From contig CALSCP010002097.1 in assembly GCA_943704425.1 (NCBI GenBank), positions 34,908-98,907 on the forward strand: DNA of 64,000 bases, read 5' to 3'. The first letter of the stretch is position 1; each line of letters opens with the position of its first letter. A program made the position numbers and the translations under genes. Shown here piece by piece: positions 62,454-64,000 of this stretch. Origin of the DNA: Ministeria vibrans ATCC 50519. Lineage: Eukaryota > Protista > Filasterea. Under the pieces are notes generated by a model that made no database searches, was not told the DNA's origin, and was given only the letters and a program-made list of their open reading frames with translations.

Positions 62454-63662
62454 CTAAGGCTCGGGAGGCGACTGGAAGGCGTCGTTGAAGAAAGACAGAG
62501 GCGCAATTGGAGCGCCACGGTCCACGTAGCGACCCCACTCGAGGAGTTCCCTGCCCCTGAGCCCCCCCTCGCTGGCGGGTCGAGACGCACGCTCGTCCAA
62601 CTCGTCGAGACCCATCCACTGAGCACCCTCGCTTTCGGCGTCTGCGTGGCTCTTGGGCGTGGATGCGTTGGGGTCGGAAGGTTCGCCGTAAAAGATGACA
62701 CGCATCAGCGCAGTGGACTCGGATGTGAGCTGGTGTTGGACAGCAAGCACGCCCGTGAGACGGGGCGTCAGGCCCGCCTCTTCTTTGCACTCACGCACAG
62801 CAGTCGTAGCAAAGGACTCACCGGCGTCAACGTGGCCCGCGGGAAGCCACCAACCGCGTCCTTGCGACTCGTTCACCGCCAGAAATTGCTTGCTGTCAGG
62901 ATGACGCACCACAACGAGCGCAAATGCCTGTGTGCTCAACGGTGTGCGTTGCGCTACGGCAGGAAAGTCACAAAAGAGACCGTTCACAAAGTCGGGGTAG
63001 CCAGCAATCGACGAGACAAGGGTGCGCACTTGTGTCATTGAGTCGGCGCCACTGAAAAGGTCGCGACACACCACTTCCGCCAAACCCGACCGTTTCCCGT
63101 CCTCCACCGCAAACGACGTCAGTTGGGACACATCAAGACCAATAACAGGCTTCCACAGGGTCTGCTCCTGGCTCGACGCCATCAGGAGACTCAGCGGAAA
63201 GGTGTGCGGCACAGTGGCAACCTCAATCTTGTCGAACTGCGTCATTTCCGAGCCGTACCCGCCCGACAAGCCGGCTTTGCAGCGCCGCTTTGACACGCGC
63301 ACCAAGTCAACAGTAGAACATGCGTCAAAATGGCATCTGGACGCCGGGTGGACGCGGCATACGCTCGCCAGCGCTCCGGCAATGGTTGAACTTTCCGAAA
63401 CTCGACCAAAGCTCTCGCGCGTCTTTCGATACTTTACAGCACCCGTCGCTTCGTCACGGCCCGTCGCCAACTTCACCTCAATCACCGGGCTCACCGCACG
63501 ACCAGGCAGCACATTGCGAAATTTCGCTCCCACACTGTCATTCCCTGTTCGCAGATAGATGTCGACACGCCGTTCCGCAGCGTCAAAGGCACGTGCGCCG
63601 TATCGACTCACATCAAGACTGTGTCCATTGCGGAACCAGCATCGCCATTCCCACCCAGGCAT
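62454..63662 (-). CDS. Intronless two-domain protein: CYTH-like N-terminus plus Nudix hydrolase
   Basis: Nudix box AGHVDAGESFATTAVRECKEEAG; N-terminal EWRCWF..ERRVDIYL..GAKFR..IEVK resembles CYTH/triphosphate-tunnel motifs. Confidence 0.7.
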   Translation of the reverse strand: MPGWEWRCWFRNGHSLDVSRYGARAFDAAERRVDIYLRTGNDSVGAKFRNVLPGRAVSPVIEVKLATGRDEATGAVKYRKTRESFGRVSESSTIAGALASVCRVHPASRCHFDACSTVDLVRVSKRRCKAGLSGGYGSEMTQFDKIEVATVPHTFPLSLLMASSQEQTLWKPVIGLDVSQLTSFAVEDGKRSGLAEVVCRDLFSGADSMTQVRTLVSSIAGYPDFVNGLFCDFPAVAQRTPLSTQAFALVVVRHPDSKQFLAVNESQGRGWWLPAGHVDAGESFATTAVRECKEEAGLTPRLTGVLAVQHQLTSESTALMRVIFYGEPSDPNASTPKSHADAESEGAQWMGLDELDERASRPASEGGLRGRELLEWGRYVDRGAPIAPLSFFNDAFQSPPEP

Positions 63663-63812
63663 CGTTGTTATATTGTGATGGTCTGATCTCTTTGAATATG
63701 TTGATTTATTCACAATACTCATCACTGGTCTCTCAACTTGATTCATCAGTGAATTTGCAAACGAATACTCTTTTCTTTGACCCTTACTCCCATCTCGACA
63801 CACACACCACCA

Positions 63813-63881
63813 ATGGCGGCGGAAGTAGCACAACCCGAATGGCAAATGGTCGGCGAGCAATTCGTCACCTTCTACTACCAG
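63813..63881 (+). CDS. Nuclear transport factor 2 family protein, first exon (runs off the window)
   Basis: MAAEVAQPEWQMVGEQFVTFYYQ|gtgcgt resembles the NTF2 N-terminus. Confidence 0.7.
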
Positions 63882-64000
63882 GTGCGTCCCGGCCGTGCAC
63901 GCTGTTGGGTCTATGCGTGTGAATCACCGTACTCTGCGTGGATTCTCGCCAATCACTTGTGTGTTATCCGATTTCTCTCTCTCTTTTTTTTTTTTTTTTT

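Overview
Gene-dense eukaryotic DNA with the standard genetic code, short GT-AG introns rich in microsatellites, head-to-head gene pairs and three short N gaps. Gene content (DRF formin, RSU1, AREL1-type HECT, NCOA5-like, PTDSS2, neugrin, fungal-style V-ATPase A N-terminus) suggests a unicellular opisthokont or obazoan protist; this is inference. About 29 protein genes or fragments can be recognised. Main highlights: (1) a CLC channel whose CBS1-CBS2 linker carries at least 13 RFxV SPAK/OSR1-type docking motifs; (2) an apparently non-coding host gene with three intronic box C/D snoRNAs, one joining U32-type and U61-type 18S guides; (3) an EF-hand/PH/kinase protein with the architecture and N-terminal sequence of apicomplexan CDPK7; (4) a spliced 68-aa Dad2/Duo1-like DASH subunit and a REDIC1/C12orf40-like meiotic gene, both fragmented in the ORF track; (5) several bacterial-type genes; (6) a dispersed repeat found in introns. 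All homology calls come from motif recognition and recalled family sequences, not from database searches. Exon boundaries were read by eye.
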